This document shows positions 9,081-19,146 of a stretch of DNA of 64,000 nucleotides, piece by piece (within the stretch, counting starts at the first letter, position 1; every line of letters begins with the position of its first letter). This DNA is from Lentisphaeria bacterium (GTDB lineage: Bacteria; Verrucomicrobiota; Lentisphaeria; JABSQK01; JAWLHB01): positions 1 through 64,000 of the forward strand of contig JAWLHB010000033.1 of NCBI GenBank assembly GCA_041690595.1. The letters are read 5' to 3'. The notes under the pieces were generated by a model. It searched no databases, was not told where the DNA came from, and was given only the letters and a program-made list of their open reading frames with translations. The position numbers and the translations under genes were made by a program.

Positions 9081-11507
9081 ATGAAAGCACAAAGGGACTT
9101 GACCGTGCGCGGGCGCCAGCGGGAAAAGGGGGTCGCCATCATTCTCAGCCTGGGGGTCCTGGCGCTGATGATCATCTACACCTTCTCTTTTGCCATGGCG
9201 GCCTTGAACAACCAGCGCTTCGCTAAGCTCAATCGCTCCCTCACGGAAGTGCGCACCATCTGCGAGGCCAAACTCAATCTGATCAAGAGCCGTATGGCTG
9301 TGGATTTTCGAAATACCACCAGCGAGGCGGTCTACTATCCCGGTACCGATATAACCCTGATGGCCAAGGGAAGCGGAACTGCCTGGAGTGATTTCTACTT
9401 CGCCGGCAGTACTGCCAATACCGCCATGACCGATGGATTGGCGAGTGTGATTGCCGATGATATCGACGGCTTGTCCGTGGTTCCCGATACCCTGCCTTCC
9501 AACTATGCGCTCTCCTGGATCCCCATCATCGAATCGCGCATCATGGACAGCAACCCCGTCAATGTGCTCATCGGCCGCTACGCCTATCTCCTGATCGACG
9601 AGAGCGGCAAGCTCGATCCCAATGTGATCGTCGATTCAAATGTGAGCACTGGCGTCGCCATTGCCGAGGGCAGCGAGCCCTTGCGAGGATACTTCGTCAG
9701 CGAATTGAACGCCACAACCGCCGGCGTCAGCCCCACGTTGGCAGCCAGACTGGCGAACAAACCGGACAATGCCGAGTGGTTTTCCCACCTCCACATCAAA
9801 CGCGTCCTGGGCATCAGCAGTCAGGCTGACATCACTACCTTGCGCAAAGTCCTCTTCCCCCATTCAATGACCGACATCATTGAGCCACTACCCCAAAACG
9901 CCTTCCTGCTCAGCGACCTGCCCGACACCACCGTCGACGCGGTGGTCAGCGGCATACCATGGCTCAAGAACTGGAACATGGCCGGCAACTTCTCCACGAT
10001 CGAGGCGCGGGCGAAAAATCTCGCCGCCAATCTGATTGACTATACCGATGCGGATGGCAATGCCACTCGCGACAACGACTCCAACCCCACCTACTGGGGC
10101 ACGGAGAAGGTCCCCTATCTCTCGCGCGTCGCCTTCCGCCTGCAGAACAAGTCCTATCTGACTTCCGGCAACAGCCGCACCCAGCCCGTCCTGCGGATCT
10201 CCTGCCGCCCTGAGCTGACCAATGGCTTCGGCGATCTGAGCGACAAGTACACCAACTGCTACGTGAACGTCCAAGTCCGCGTGACCGCCAAGAACACCGA
10301 TGGTGCCGAAACATCGAGGCTCCTCACCTTCGAGTTCAACCCGATGATCGCGTCCTTTACCTCGAGCGGCTACTACCCGGGGCCTGTTGCTTTCAGCGCC
10401 CCGCAATCGAGCAATCTTGTCCTTGTCAATCAACCAGGAATGTTCGCCCTTTCCAACATCAAGCTGATAGTCGAGCGCATGGTCGTGAAATCGGCGGACG
10501 GCACCGAATGGTGGGATTTCGGTCGTACAAACTACAATGAAGAGCTGGAACTGCCGGAGATCGACGATTTCGCTTATGTGGGGTTTGAGGCCTTGAACCC
10601 AGTCGCTAACCTCCATGCCGATGAGTGGAAGCCAATTGGCCCCTACGGCTATGACCCGCTGACGGTCGGGGCATCCCTCGGGCAATGGTGGATCGATCAC
10701 CCCATCCATATTCGCAACGCTCTCATGCGCCATGAGGTCGAAGTGGGCGAGATCCTGCGCATGGAACCATTCACCGAAGAAAATGCAGAGGACGGCTATC
10801 GCACCTTCAACCTGATCGACTACAAGTATGACGAGTATCCTGACGTGCCGGGCCTCTATTCCGATGCCTCCGACAGTATCGTCTACGATCTGGATGACGA
10901 CCCGGAAGAAAACGAACTGAACGGCGGAGATCGCAATATCCTGGACATGGTAAAGGTGGATCCTGCCAGCGGCACCATGCGGCAAGTCCGAGGCCGGGTC
11001 AACATCAATACTCCGCATAAACCCGTGCTCCAGGCCCTCTTCAAGCGCGTAACCGACCGCCGCTACACTGGCGGCGCCGCGATCGATCCGGCCAAGATCG
11101 ACGCCTTCATCGACAAACTGATGATTGCTACGGGCACCAACCCCGTCCCCATCGGCCTCTATTCCAATTATCGGAATCCTCCCTTGTATGGATGTTTGTT
11201 TACGGATGAAATTGCCGACGGCCTCACCGAAAGCGAGCGCGAATACTTGCTGGTGTTGACCCAGCAGCTTATCTCCGGCGAACACAACTTCTTCACCCTC
11301 TACGTGATTGCCCAGCAGATCGACGATCGCGGCAAACCGGGCACCGACAGCGAGGAGATCAACATCGACGGCCAGTGGTGTCAATATGGCCGTTATGATC
11401 TGGGAGCAGACCGCATCGTCAGCGAGCAGAAGATCAAGGCTATCCTCTATCGCAACGCCTTCACCAATGAAATTACCGTACTGCGCCGACAGTACCTCTC
11501 GGAATGA
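9081..11507 (+). CDS. PilX/GspK-like large pseudopilin (Verru_Chthon A-like)
   Basis: EKG|VAIILSLGVLALM, GRYAYLLIDESGKLDPN, LIDYTDAD, GRVNINT and FTLYVIAQ motifs. Confidence 0.85.
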   Translation: MKAQRDLTVRGRQREKGVAIILSLGVLALMIIYTFSFAMAALNNQRFAKLNRSLTEVRTICEAKLNLIKSRMAVDFRNTTSEAVYYPGTDITLMAKGSGTAWSDFYFAGSTANTAMTDGLASVIADDIDGLSVVPDTLPSNYALSWIPIIESRIMDSNPVNVLIGRYAYLLIDESGKLDPNVIVDSNVSTGVAIAEGSEPLRGYFVSELNATTAGVSPTLAARLANKPDNAEWFSHLHIKRVLGISSQADITTLRKVLFPHSMTDIIEPLPQNAFLLSDLPDTTVDAVVSGIPWLKNWNMAGNFSTIEARAKNLAANLIDYTDADGNATRDNDSNPTYWGTEKVPYLSRVAFRLQNKSYLTSGNSRTQPVLRISCRPELTNGFGDLSDKYTNCYVNVQVRVTAKNTDGAETSRLLTFEFNPMIASFTSSGYYPGPVAFSAPQSSNLVLVNQPGMFALSNIKLIVERMVVKSADGTEWWDFGRTNYNEELELPEIDDFAYVGFEALNPVANLHADEWKPIGPYGYDPLTVGASLGQWWIDHPIHIRNALMRHEVEVGEILRMEPFTEENAEDGYRTFNLIDYKYDEYPDVPGLYSDASDSIVYDLDDDPEENELNGGDRNILDMVKVDPASGTMRQVRGRVNINTPHKPVLQALFKRVTDRRYTGGAAIDPAKIDAFIDKLMIATGTNPVPIGLYSNYRNPPLYGCLFTDEIADGLTESEREYLLVLTQQLISGEHNFFTLYVIAQQIDDRGKPGTDSEEINIDGQWCQYGRYDLGADRIVSEQKIKAILYRNAFTNEITVLRRQYLSE

Positions 11508-12052
11508 ACCCAACGATGAAAAACAGACTCTTTACATGGCTCCCGCTGAGTGCCGCCCTGATTGCCATGGCGCTCCATGCTTCAGGTGCCGAGAAGAATC
11601 CATGGATCTCAGACGAGCAGCGGGCCAAGCTGATCTCCGCAGCCCTCCTGTTCGCGGACAAGGTTATCGAAGACGCTCAGAAGGAGTTGCAGCGCCTCGA
11701 CCAGAGTCGCCGCCCCAAGCCCGGCGATGATATCGTGCGCAGGAAGGCCGAGATGGTCATGGCGTACAGCAAGCACTTCAAAGAGAAACACCGGCTGCGC
11801 GGCGAATTGGATGCCATGATGACGCTCATGCAGCAGGAGATTCGCCAGGCCAACGAAGACGAAGTCCTGCAGCTTCAACAGCTCGACCGCGACTATTGGC
11901 AGGCATCGGATGGCATGCGCACCCTGGCAAGGGACTATCAGGCGCAGTTTCGCCAACCCTTGCCCGACCCTCTCACCAGAACTATCATGCACTTTTTCCC
12001 CATCGACCCGACAAAAGCGCGAGACGCCAACGACGCCAACGACGCCAATTAG
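11504..12052 (+). CDS. Hypothetical secreted helical protein
   Basis: Signal peptide; ATGA overlap with the upstream gene. Confidence 0.7.
   Translation: MNPTMKNRLFTWLPLSAALIAMALHASGAEKNPWISDEQRAKLISAALLFADKVIEDAQKELQRLDQSRRPKPGDDIVRRKAEMVMAYSKHFKEKHRLRGELDAMMTLMQQEIRQANEDEVLQLQQLDRDYWQASDGMRTLARDYQAQFRQPLPDPLTRTIMHFFPIDPTKARDANDANDAN
12023..12049 (+). repeat. 9-bp tandem repeat (GACGCCAAY)x3 encoding DANDANDAN just before the stop
   Basis: gacgccaac gacgccaac gacgccaat tag. Confidence 0.85.
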
Positions 12053-12076
12053 CATATCCACCTGGAGGAACTGCAG

Positions 12077-12586
12077 ATGCCAAGAAGAATGAAATACGTG
12101 TTGACCATGGCCGCGACGCTGATGGCCGCCACCGGCATGGTCACGGGCCAGGAAGCGACGACCGCTCCCGTCAAAGAGGAAGCCGTGAACAATGTCGCCG
12201 CCGCCCCGCGTGCCTATGGCGACTACATCGAGCCGGATACCACAGTGCAGATCCTGCCGGAGCAGCTTCAGGTCCAGGAAGAGAAAGAAGGCGATGTCGT
12301 GGTTCGGCGTTTTACCTACTATGTGGATCAACATGGCCAGGAACTGAAGCACGGTACCTACGAGGAGTTCTACCACGACGGCACGCCGCAGCGCACCGTC
12401 ACGTATGAACACGGCAAGCCGCACGGGGTCGAAACCTGGTACTACAGCGACGGCTCTCGGTGGAAGGTGCTCAACAGCAAGCGCGGCGTCCTGGATGGCA
12501 CCTGCAAGGAGTACAGCCGCACCGGCGCCATTCGCGAACAGCGCCAGTACAAGGATGGCACCCTCATTCGCACGCGCAAACGCTGA
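12077..12586 (+). CDS. Secreted MORN-variant (YwqK-like) repeat protein
   Basis: GGAGG RBS, signal peptide, KHGTYEEFYHDG, GKPHGVETWYYSDG and GVLDGTCKEYSRTG repeats. Confidence 0.85.
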   Translation: MPRRMKYVLTMAATLMAATGMVTGQEATTAPVKEEAVNNVAAAPRAYGDYIEPDTTVQILPEQLQVQEEKEGDVVVRRFTYYVDQHGQELKHGTYEEFYHDGTPQRTVTYEHGKPHGVETWYYSDGSRWKVLNSKRGVLDGTCKEYSRTGAIREQRQYKDGTLIRTRKR

Positions 12587-12605
12587 AGCACCTCGCGGCC
12601 TCCAC

Positions 12606-13604
12606 TCAATCCTCCCCCCCTTCCCGCAGCAGCCCCGCTTCCAGGAAGTAGCGGCGCGCCCCGTCGTGCAACGGCGCCGAGAGCGCGTCGAGCATGTTCT
12701 CACGGGTCAGCTGCCCGTAGGCCTGATGCAACTTCTTGAAGGTGGCAAGATTCTCGAACACTTCCTTCGTGATGGCGTGGACAATCGCCTCCGGAACATG
12801 GGAGGATGTCATGAGCGTGGCTTTCACGCCGATGGTCGGCACCTCCGCGTCGTTGGCGGACTTCGGATAGAGCGACAGCGGAATATGGGCTCTCGTCATA
12901 TAGGGGGCGGCATCGAGTATAGCGTCGATCTCGGGCCCCTCGATCGGAATGAAGCGGATCCCGCGTGTGCCCGCGGTGGCTTCGAGGAGCGCGCCGCTGG
13001 GATGCGCGACCGTGAAGAAGAACGCGTCGATGCGGCCATCCTGAAGCAGGCTGGGCCCCTCCTTGGCACTGACCCGTTCCACGGACAGATCCTTCTCGGC
13101 ATCGATACCCACCGCGGCGAGCACCATGAGAGCGTTCTGCAACGTGCCGGAACCGGGGCTGTCGAGGTTGACCCGTTTGCCGCGCAAGTCGCGCAGCGTG
13201 CGGATCCCGCTATCTTCCGCCGCCACCAGCGTCACCAGCTCCGGATGGATGGAAAAGACGGCTCGAAGTGAATCCTGCGGCCCCTGCCCTTCCCACGGTC
13301 CCTCACCTCTGGCAGCCTGATACTGCAGATCGGACTGAACAATGCCGAACTCCATGTCTCCGGCAAGAATGGCGTTGACGTTGAAGACCGAGCCGCCAGT
13401 GCTTTCAAAAGAAGCCTGCACCTTGTACTCGTCTCCCTTCGCGTTGACCATCCTTGCGATCGCTTCCCCCGTGGGATAGTACACCCCTGTCTGGGAACCC
13501 GTGCCGATTGTCACATACGTCACCTCACCGCGCCCGCAACCGAAGAAGATCAAGGGCAATACGATGGCGACGAGCAGGCACGGAATAACATGGCGGCTGA
13601 GCAT
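12606..13604 (-). CDS. TAXI family TRAP solute-binding lipoprotein
   Basis: Lipobox-like FFGC; IGTGSQTGVYYPTG, STGGSVFNV, GIVQSD and PLHDGARRYF motifs. Confidence 0.92.
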   Translation of the reverse strand: MLSRHVIPCLLVAIVLPLIFFGCGRGEVTYVTIGTGSQTGVYYPTGEAIARMVNAKGDEYKVQASFESTGGSVFNVNAILAGDMEFGIVQSDLQYQAARGEGPWEGQGPQDSLRAVFSIHPELVTLVAAEDSGIRTLRDLRGKRVNLDSPGSGTLQNALMVLAAVGIDAEKDLSVERVSAKEGPSLLQDGRIDAFFFTVAHPSGALLEATAGTRGIRFIPIEGPEIDAILDAAPYMTRAHIPLSLYPKSANDAEVPTIGVKATLMTSSHVPEAIVHAITKEVFENLATFKKLHQAYGQLTRENMLDALSAPLHDGARRYFLEAGLLREGGED

Positions 13605-13648
13605 GATTCAGACTCCTGTAATAGTGAACCTCAGCCGCCGCACTCTTT

Positions 13649-14539
13649 TCAGCGCGGCGACGGAAGGTATTTATCGATCAGCAACGCCAGGCGCGCGCGT
13701 GTTTCTGCCGGCATCGCGGCAGGATCGGTTATGACGGCAAACTGAAGCGTCGAACCGCAGCCGCACTCCAGAGGTCGGGCAGCCAGACGCGGCACCGCTC
13801 GACGGATGATCCGGCACGCGAGCTGCGCGTTGCGCTGCAACGTCTTGATGATCATCTCCACCGAGACGCTCTCATGCGTCTGGTGCCAGCAATCGAAGTC
13901 GGTGACCATGGCGAGCGGCTGATAGCAAATCTCGGCTTCACGTGCCAGCTTGGCCTCCGCCAGATTGGTCATCCCGATCACGTCCATGCCCCAACTGCGA
14001 TAGAGCCTGGACTCGGCAAGCGTCGAAAAGGCCGGGCCTTCCATGTTAACGTACGTCCCGGCGCGGTGCAAACTGACCTCGTACGGATTCTCCGCCGCAA
14101 GTTCTTCCTCGATGATCTCTCCAAGAGCCTCACTTAGATGGGTGCAGGTCGGGTGAGCAAAGGGAATATGCGCCACGATCCCATCACCGAAGAACGTATG
14201 CTGTTCGCTCACCTTGGTGCGATCGACAAACTGGTCAACCAGAACCAGATCACCAGGCGGCATCTCTTCGCGAAAGCTGCCCACGGCCGTTATGCTGAGG
14301 ATCTGCTGGACGCCAAGCTGCTTCATCGCATGAATGTTGGCGCGATGATTGAGTTCACCCGGCAGGATGCGATGGCCGCGCCCGTGTCGCGGCAGGAAGT
14401 AGACTTCCCTGCCGTCGATGGTCCCGTGGACAAACGTATCGCTGGGTGAGCCAAAAGGGGTCTCCACCTCGATCTTGCGGAGGATGTCAACGCCGTCGAT
14501 GTCGTAAAGCCCGCTGCCGCCAATAATGCCTGTTATCAC
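13649..14539 (-). CDS. mtnP: S-methyl-5'-thioadenosine phosphorylase
   Basis: GIIGGSGLY, LPRHGRGH, MEGPAFST, GMTNLAEAKLAREAE and TDFDCW motifs; GTG start after AAGGAG. Confidence 0.93.
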   Translation of the reverse strand: MITGIIGGSGLYDIDGVDILRKIEVETPFGSPSDTFVHGTIDGREVYFLPRHGRGHRILPGELNHRANIHAMKQLGVQQILSITAVGSFREEMPPGDLVLVDQFVDRTKVSEQHTFFGDGIVAHIPFAHPTCTHLSEALGEIIEEELAAENPYEVSLHRAGTYVNMEGPAFSTLAESRLYRSWGMDVIGMTNLAEAKLAREAEICYQPLAMVTDFDCWHQTHESVSVEMIIKTLQRNAQLACRIIRRAVPRLAARPLECGCGSTLQFAVITDPAAMPAETRARLALLIDKYLPSPR

Positions 14540-14614
14540 GCCGATCTCCTTGATCGAAAATAGTGTCGTGGTTCTGACAGATACTGGCCACCTCCTCACC
14601 GCGGACGCAGGCGA

Positions 14615-14788
14615 TCAGTCCAACGACGAATCGGCCTCGTCGACCAGCATCACCGGTATTCCCTCGCGAATCGGATAGATTCGTTCACAGAGGGGGCAGC
14701 GCAGCGCCTGCCTGTCCTCCGTCACCTCTACCCCCGGATGAGAATCGCAGGCCGGGCAGGCGAGCAGCCGCAGAAGCTCATCAGCCAA
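14615..14788 (-). CDS. Trm112 family (YcaR-like) protein
   Basis: LLRLLACPAC and LRCPLCERIYPIREGIPVMLVDEA motifs; TTG start inferred. Confidence 0.9.
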   Translation of the reverse strand: MADELLRLLACPACDSHPGVEVTEDRQALRCPLCERIYPIREGIPVMLVDEADSSLD

Positions 14789-14795
14789 AGGTGAA

Positions 14796-15704
14796 TCAGA
14801 AGAGGTCCTGGTTGCCAAGGCGACCTCCCGAGCCAGTGGTGGTGGCTGGCTTACTGGCTGCATTCTCCGCATTCATGGAGTTCAGCTCGGCCTCGAATTC
14901 TGGCGGGAACTGGTTGGCCTGCTTCTCCATTTCGGTTCGCCTGGAGATTTCCTCCCGCGTCAGCCACACATCGTTATGCAGCCGATAGCCCGCGTTGAAA
15001 TATTTCTGGGCACGCAGGAGAGGACGAAGGCGCGACTCCACTTCAGCCCGCTTCGCCGCAAGCTCCTGCTCATACCACTCTTTGACCGGCATCCAGCGAC
15101 CAAGATTAAGAAGATACCCGGATCGTGTGAGCGCATCGCGCAGGAGAGTGTTCTCGTTTCGACGGATAAAGCTCTGCCGCTTCTCCTCCAACTCCGCCAG
15201 CTTTTCCCTGACGTACGTGGTGGCTGTGGCATCGGCCCGCACCGGATCGAAGCGCACCAGCGTTTCTGGAGCCATGTCTTCGAAACGCAGCCGCTGGAGG
15301 TCGACAAGGACGCTGTACTTGTCACGGTCGCGCAGCCTTCCCGAGAAGGTGTCGCCATTCTTCATGTGGACCGTGATGGCGTCGCCCATGCGGTATTGGG
15401 CATACTTCTCTTTCGCTTCCGCAATGAATTCATTGGTGAGGCTGGGAGGATACTCCTCCATCGCCGCTGCGATCACTTCCTCCCGAATCTGCCGTTCAAC
15501 GCTTTCCAGATCCACCGCCGGCGCCTCTATTGGCTCGTCGTAGCCAAGAAAATCCCTGCGGAACATGTCCGCATCGATCAGGTATTCCGCGGTCGCCTTC
15601 AGCTCGACGGCGATCTCACTCTCGAGGCGTTCCTCTTCTTCGGGCGATATGGCCGAGGAGTTGAAACAGCAAACCAGAAGGGTGCCCATGGCCCCCGCGC
15701 GCAT
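14796..15704 (-). CDS. Hypothetical protein, probably exported
   Basis: Long ORF with a hydrophobic N-terminus; shares a domain with the 20906-22870 protein; start uncertain. Confidence 0.7.
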   Translation of the reverse strand: MRAGAMGTLLVCCFNSSAISPEEEERLESEIAVELKATAEYLIDADMFRRDFLGYDEPIEAPAVDLESVERQIREEVIAAAMEEYPPSLTNEFIAEAKEKYAQYRMGDAITVHMKNGDTFSGRLRDRDKYSVLVDLQRLRFEDMAPETLVRFDPVRADATATTYVREKLAELEEKRQSFIRRNENTLLRDALTRSGYLLNLGRWMPVKEWYEQELAAKRAEVESRLRPLLRAQKYFNAGYRLHNDVWLTREEISRRTEMEKQANQFPPEFEAELNSMNAENAASKPATTTGSGGRLGNQDLF

Positions 15705-15973
15705 TCTATTCCACAGTTGTCGTGTCACTGAATCACCCGTATTCCGGCTGGTGTTGTCTTCCCCCAGGGAGGCACACTGCACTCGCACGTGAAATATATA
15801 TGCTTCCCTCTGGCATGCAAGAAATAACTACCGATTTTATCCATGGGGGGGCGCGGCAGCTCACTACCTGGCCCTGCTTGCGTTGCAATCGGCTCGTCCT
15901 CCACGTATGGTTCTCACTGATCGTCATGGCGGCTGCCTGTCAGCCTTACGGAAACACCTTGTGGAGGAAGATC

Positions 15974-17080
15974 ATGGCATATCTGGATCGGCGCGACTTT
16001 CTCAAAGGAGCTGCCACCACCGCGGCAGCCGCCGGCATCACCTGCCTGGCCGGATGTGGCCGTGAAGCGGGCACCGGCCCCTATATCAACACCAACCAGA
16101 CCTTCAAATACCGGATGGTGACCACCTGGCCGCCCGACTTTCCCGTCATCGGGGAAGGCGCCACCCGCCTCGCTGAACGCCTGGCCGCGATGTCGAACGG
16201 ACGCCTTCAGATCAAGGTGTATGGAGCCGGCGAAAAGGTGGTGGCGGCCCAGGCCTTCGATGAAGTCTCCATGGGCAATGTGGAGATGGCACACAGCGCG
16301 GGCTACTACTGGTCCGGCAAAGCGGCCGCCGCACAGTTTTTCGCGGCGGTACCCTTCGGGATGACCGCGCAGCAGATGAATGCCTGGATCTACCATGGCG
16401 GCGGCCAGGAGCTGTGGGACAAGGTATACGCGCCACACGATCTGATCGCCATGCCCGTGGGCAACACCGGCGTGCAGATGGGCGGCTGGTTCAACCGCGA
16501 GATCAACTCCGTTGCCGATTTTCGCGGTCTCATCATGCGCATGCCCGGCCTCGGCGGAAAGGTGCTGGACATGGCGGGCGTCACCGTAAGCCTCCCCCCT
16601 CCGACCGAACTCTACAGCAGCCTGAGCACCGGGGTCATTGACGCCACCGAGTGGGTGGGCCCCTACCATGATTACAAGATGGGCCTCCACAAGATCGCCA
16701 AATTCTACTATTACCCCGGATGGCACGAGCCGGGAACCACCATGGAACTCATGTTCAATCGCCACGCTTGGGAGAAGCTCCCGGGCGACCTCCAGGCCAT
16801 GGTCCGCGCCGCCGCCGCCCAGGGCAATATGGATGTCCTGGCAGAGCTTGAGGCCAAGAACTTCATGTACCTTCGCAAGCTCGTGGACGAGCACAAGGTG
16901 CAGTTGCGACGCTTTCCAGATGATGTCCTCAGGCAACTGCGCAAGAACACCGGCGAAGTCCTGGCTGACCTCACCTCAAAAGATCCACTTTCATCGGAAG
17001 TCTACGCCTCCTTCAGCGATTTCCAGCGTCAGGTGAGCAGCTGGGCGGAAGTGGCGGAAAAGGCCTACTTCTCCTCCTGA
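15974..17080 (+). CDS. dctP: TRAP substrate-binding protein, TakP-like, with Tat lipoprotein signal
   Basis: DRRDFLK Tat motif, LAGC lipobox, GNTGVQMGGWFNREI, MRMPGLGG, DATEWVGP and YYYPGWHEPG motifs. Confidence 0.93.
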   Translation: MAYLDRRDFLKGAATTAAAAGITCLAGCGREAGTGPYINTNQTFKYRMVTTWPPDFPVIGEGATRLAERLAAMSNGRLQIKVYGAGEKVVAAQAFDEVSMGNVEMAHSAGYYWSGKAAAAQFFAAVPFGMTAQQMNAWIYHGGGQELWDKVYAPHDLIAMPVGNTGVQMGGWFNREINSVADFRGLIMRMPGLGGKVLDMAGVTVSLPPPTELYSSLSTGVIDATEWVGPYHDYKMGLHKIAKFYYYPGWHEPGTTMELMFNRHAWEKLPGDLQAMVRAAAAQGNMDVLAELEAKNFMYLRKLVDEHKVQLRRFPDDVLRQLRKNTGEVLADLTSKDPLSSEVYASFSDFQRQVSSWAEVAEKAYFSS

Positions 17081-18430
17081 TCAGGGCGCGCCGGCAGCAG
17101 CCGCGGCAATCTGCCGGGGAAACCACATGGCGATATCCGGCCAGATGATCACCGCCGCCAGCACCACGAGCTGAATGATGATGAAGGGAAGAATGCCGCG
17201 GTAGAGATCGGTCGTGCGCACCTCGGGCGGCGCTACCCCCTTCAGATAGAAGAGCGAAAAGCCGAAGGGGGGCGTCAGGAACGACGTCTGCAGATTCAGC
17301 GCGATGACCACCCCCAGCCAGACGAAGAGCAGCTCGCTTGCTCCACCTCCATAGGCCTTTTCGAAAAGCGGTGCCACCACCGGCACGATGATGAAGGTAA
17401 TCTCGATGAAATCGATGAAGAAGCCGGCAATGAAGATGACGAGCATCGCCATCAGCAGAAATCCCGTCGGGCCAAGATCGAAATGCGTGATGATCCCGGC
17501 CAGATAGTCGTCCCCATTCAGTTCGCTGAAGACGAGCGAGAAGGCTCCGGCCCCGATGAGAATGATAAAGACCATCGTGGTGAGATGCGTCGTCTGCCGC
17601 ATGACCGCCCGCAAGGTGGCAAGGTTGAGGCGGCGATGCAGCACCGTGAGTAGAGTCGCCCCGCACGCGCCGACACCGGCTGCTTCAGTTGGGGTTGCGA
17701 CACCCGCAAAGATGCTGCCGAGCACCGTCACGATCAGCAGCAGCGGTGGCACAAAGGTGCGGCACACCTGCTTCACCAGAACTTTCCCGCGAAAGACTTC
17801 GCGCATCTCCCGCGGCATGCTGGGCGCGGCCTTTGGCCGGATGACGGCTACGATGACAATCCAAAGCAGATACAGGGCGACGAGGAGCAGACCGGGAACC
17901 GTCGCCGCCATGAACATGGCACCCGGATCCACATCAAGGACGCTGGCAAGAAGGATGAGCACGATGCTGGGAGGAATCACCTGCCCCAGCGTCCCGGAGG
18001 CGGCGATGGTCCCGCAGGCAAGCCGCACATCGTAGCCTCGCTTCAACATGGTAGGCAGGCTCAGCAGTCCCATCGTCACCACCGTGGCGCCAACGATGCC
18101 GGTGGAGGCAGCAAGCAGCGCACCCACCACCACCACCGAAATCGCCATGCCCCCGCGCAGGCGGCCGAAGAGCAACGCCATCGTCTCCAGCAACTCCTCG
18201 GCCAGACCGGACTTCTCCAACATGACCCCCATATAGACAAAGAGGGGAACGGCCAAGAGGATGTAGTTCTCCATGATCCCCCACGTGCGGCTCGGCATCG
18301 ACGCGAGCGCGCCCAGCCCATAGTCCGTGAAGAAACTGAATACCATGGCCACCCCGCCAAGCGTGAAGGCAACCGGAAAGCCGACAAGCAGGAGGACGAA
18401 GAGAGCGAGAAACATCGTCATCGCTATCAT
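17081..18430 (-). CDS. dctM: TRAP transporter large permease
   Basis: LLAVPLFVYMG, ASTGIVGA, GTLGQVIPPS, ATPTEAA and TSFLTPPFG motifs. Confidence 0.95.
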   Translation of the reverse strand: MIAMTMFLALFVLLLVGFPVAFTLGGVAMVFSFFTDYGLGALASMPSRTWGIMENYILLAVPLFVYMGVMLEKSGLAEELLETMALLFGRLRGGMAISVVVVGALLAASTGIVGATVVTMGLLSLPTMLKRGYDVRLACGTIAASGTLGQVIPPSIVLILLASVLDVDPGAMFMAATVPGLLLVALYLLWIVIVAVIRPKAAPSMPREMREVFRGKVLVKQVCRTFVPPLLLIVTVLGSIFAGVATPTEAAGVGACGATLLTVLHRRLNLATLRAVMRQTTHLTTMVFIILIGAGAFSLVFSELNGDDYLAGIITHFDLGPTGFLLMAMLVIFIAGFFIDFIEITFIIVPVVAPLFEKAYGGGASELLFVWLGVVIALNLQTSFLTPPFGFSLFYLKGVAPPEVRTTDLYRGILPFIIIQLVVLAAVIIWPDIAMWFPRQIAAAAAGAP

Positions 18431-19047
18431 GGTACACGCTCCTCGATCACGGCATCCGGCGGTGGCCTCGGCGGCGGATCACCAAGCAGGGTGAGGATGG
18501 CAGCCGCGACACTCGCGGTGCCTTGGATGAAAAGGAGCAGGAACCCCAGCGGGATGGCGGCCTTGAGCAGGCCACGTCCGGGCAAGCCACCCGGGTTGGA
18601 TGAGCGCTCCCCCAACCAGGAACCGGTGTCGAGCGAGAAGGCCCGCAAGGCAAAAGGTGTAGCGAACCAGATGACCAGCATGGCGAAGGGAAGCAGAAAG
18701 AGAAGCGTGCCCACCAGGTCGATCCAGGCACGCTTGCGGATCGAGAGCCGCGCATAGAGAATATCCACCCGCACATGGCGATCATGCCAAAGCGTATAGC
18801 CCGCGCCCAGCAGAAAGATGATCGAGAAGAGGTGCCACTGCACCTCCTGCACCGCTACCTGAGGGGCCGAAAAGTAGCTCGGTATGCCCAGATGCCCGAA
18901 CACGTACCGCACAAGAACGAGGTAACAGACCGCGACAACCAGCATTGTCGTCAGCCACGAAACCGCTCGCCCGACCCATTCGTTGAGCCCGCCCGACAGG
19001 CGCACCCAGAAACGCAGAAAGCACCTGAGTTTGGTCATCCGCTCCAC
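18427..19047 (-). CDS. dctQ: TRAP transporter small permease
   Basis: Four TM segments; QEVQWHLFS, HVRVDILY and ERSSNPGGLP motifs. Confidence 0.93.
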   Translation of the reverse strand: MERMTKLRCFLRFWVRLSGGLNEWVGRAVSWLTTMLVVAVCYLVLVRYVFGHLGIPSYFSAPQVAVQEVQWHLFSIIFLLGAGYTLWHDRHVRVDILYARLSIRKRAWIDLVGTLLFLLPFAMLVIWFATPFALRAFSLDTGSWLGERSSNPGGLPGRGLLKAAIPLGFLLLFIQGTASVAAAILTLLGDPPPRPPPDAVIEERVP

Positions 19048-19146
19048 TTCGCCCTTTAAGTAGCTGAAAGATCGCCTAATATATGCAGATCGACCGGCGA
19101 TGCCACTGCTGCCGGAAACCTACCTGTCACCAACGACGTTACTCCT

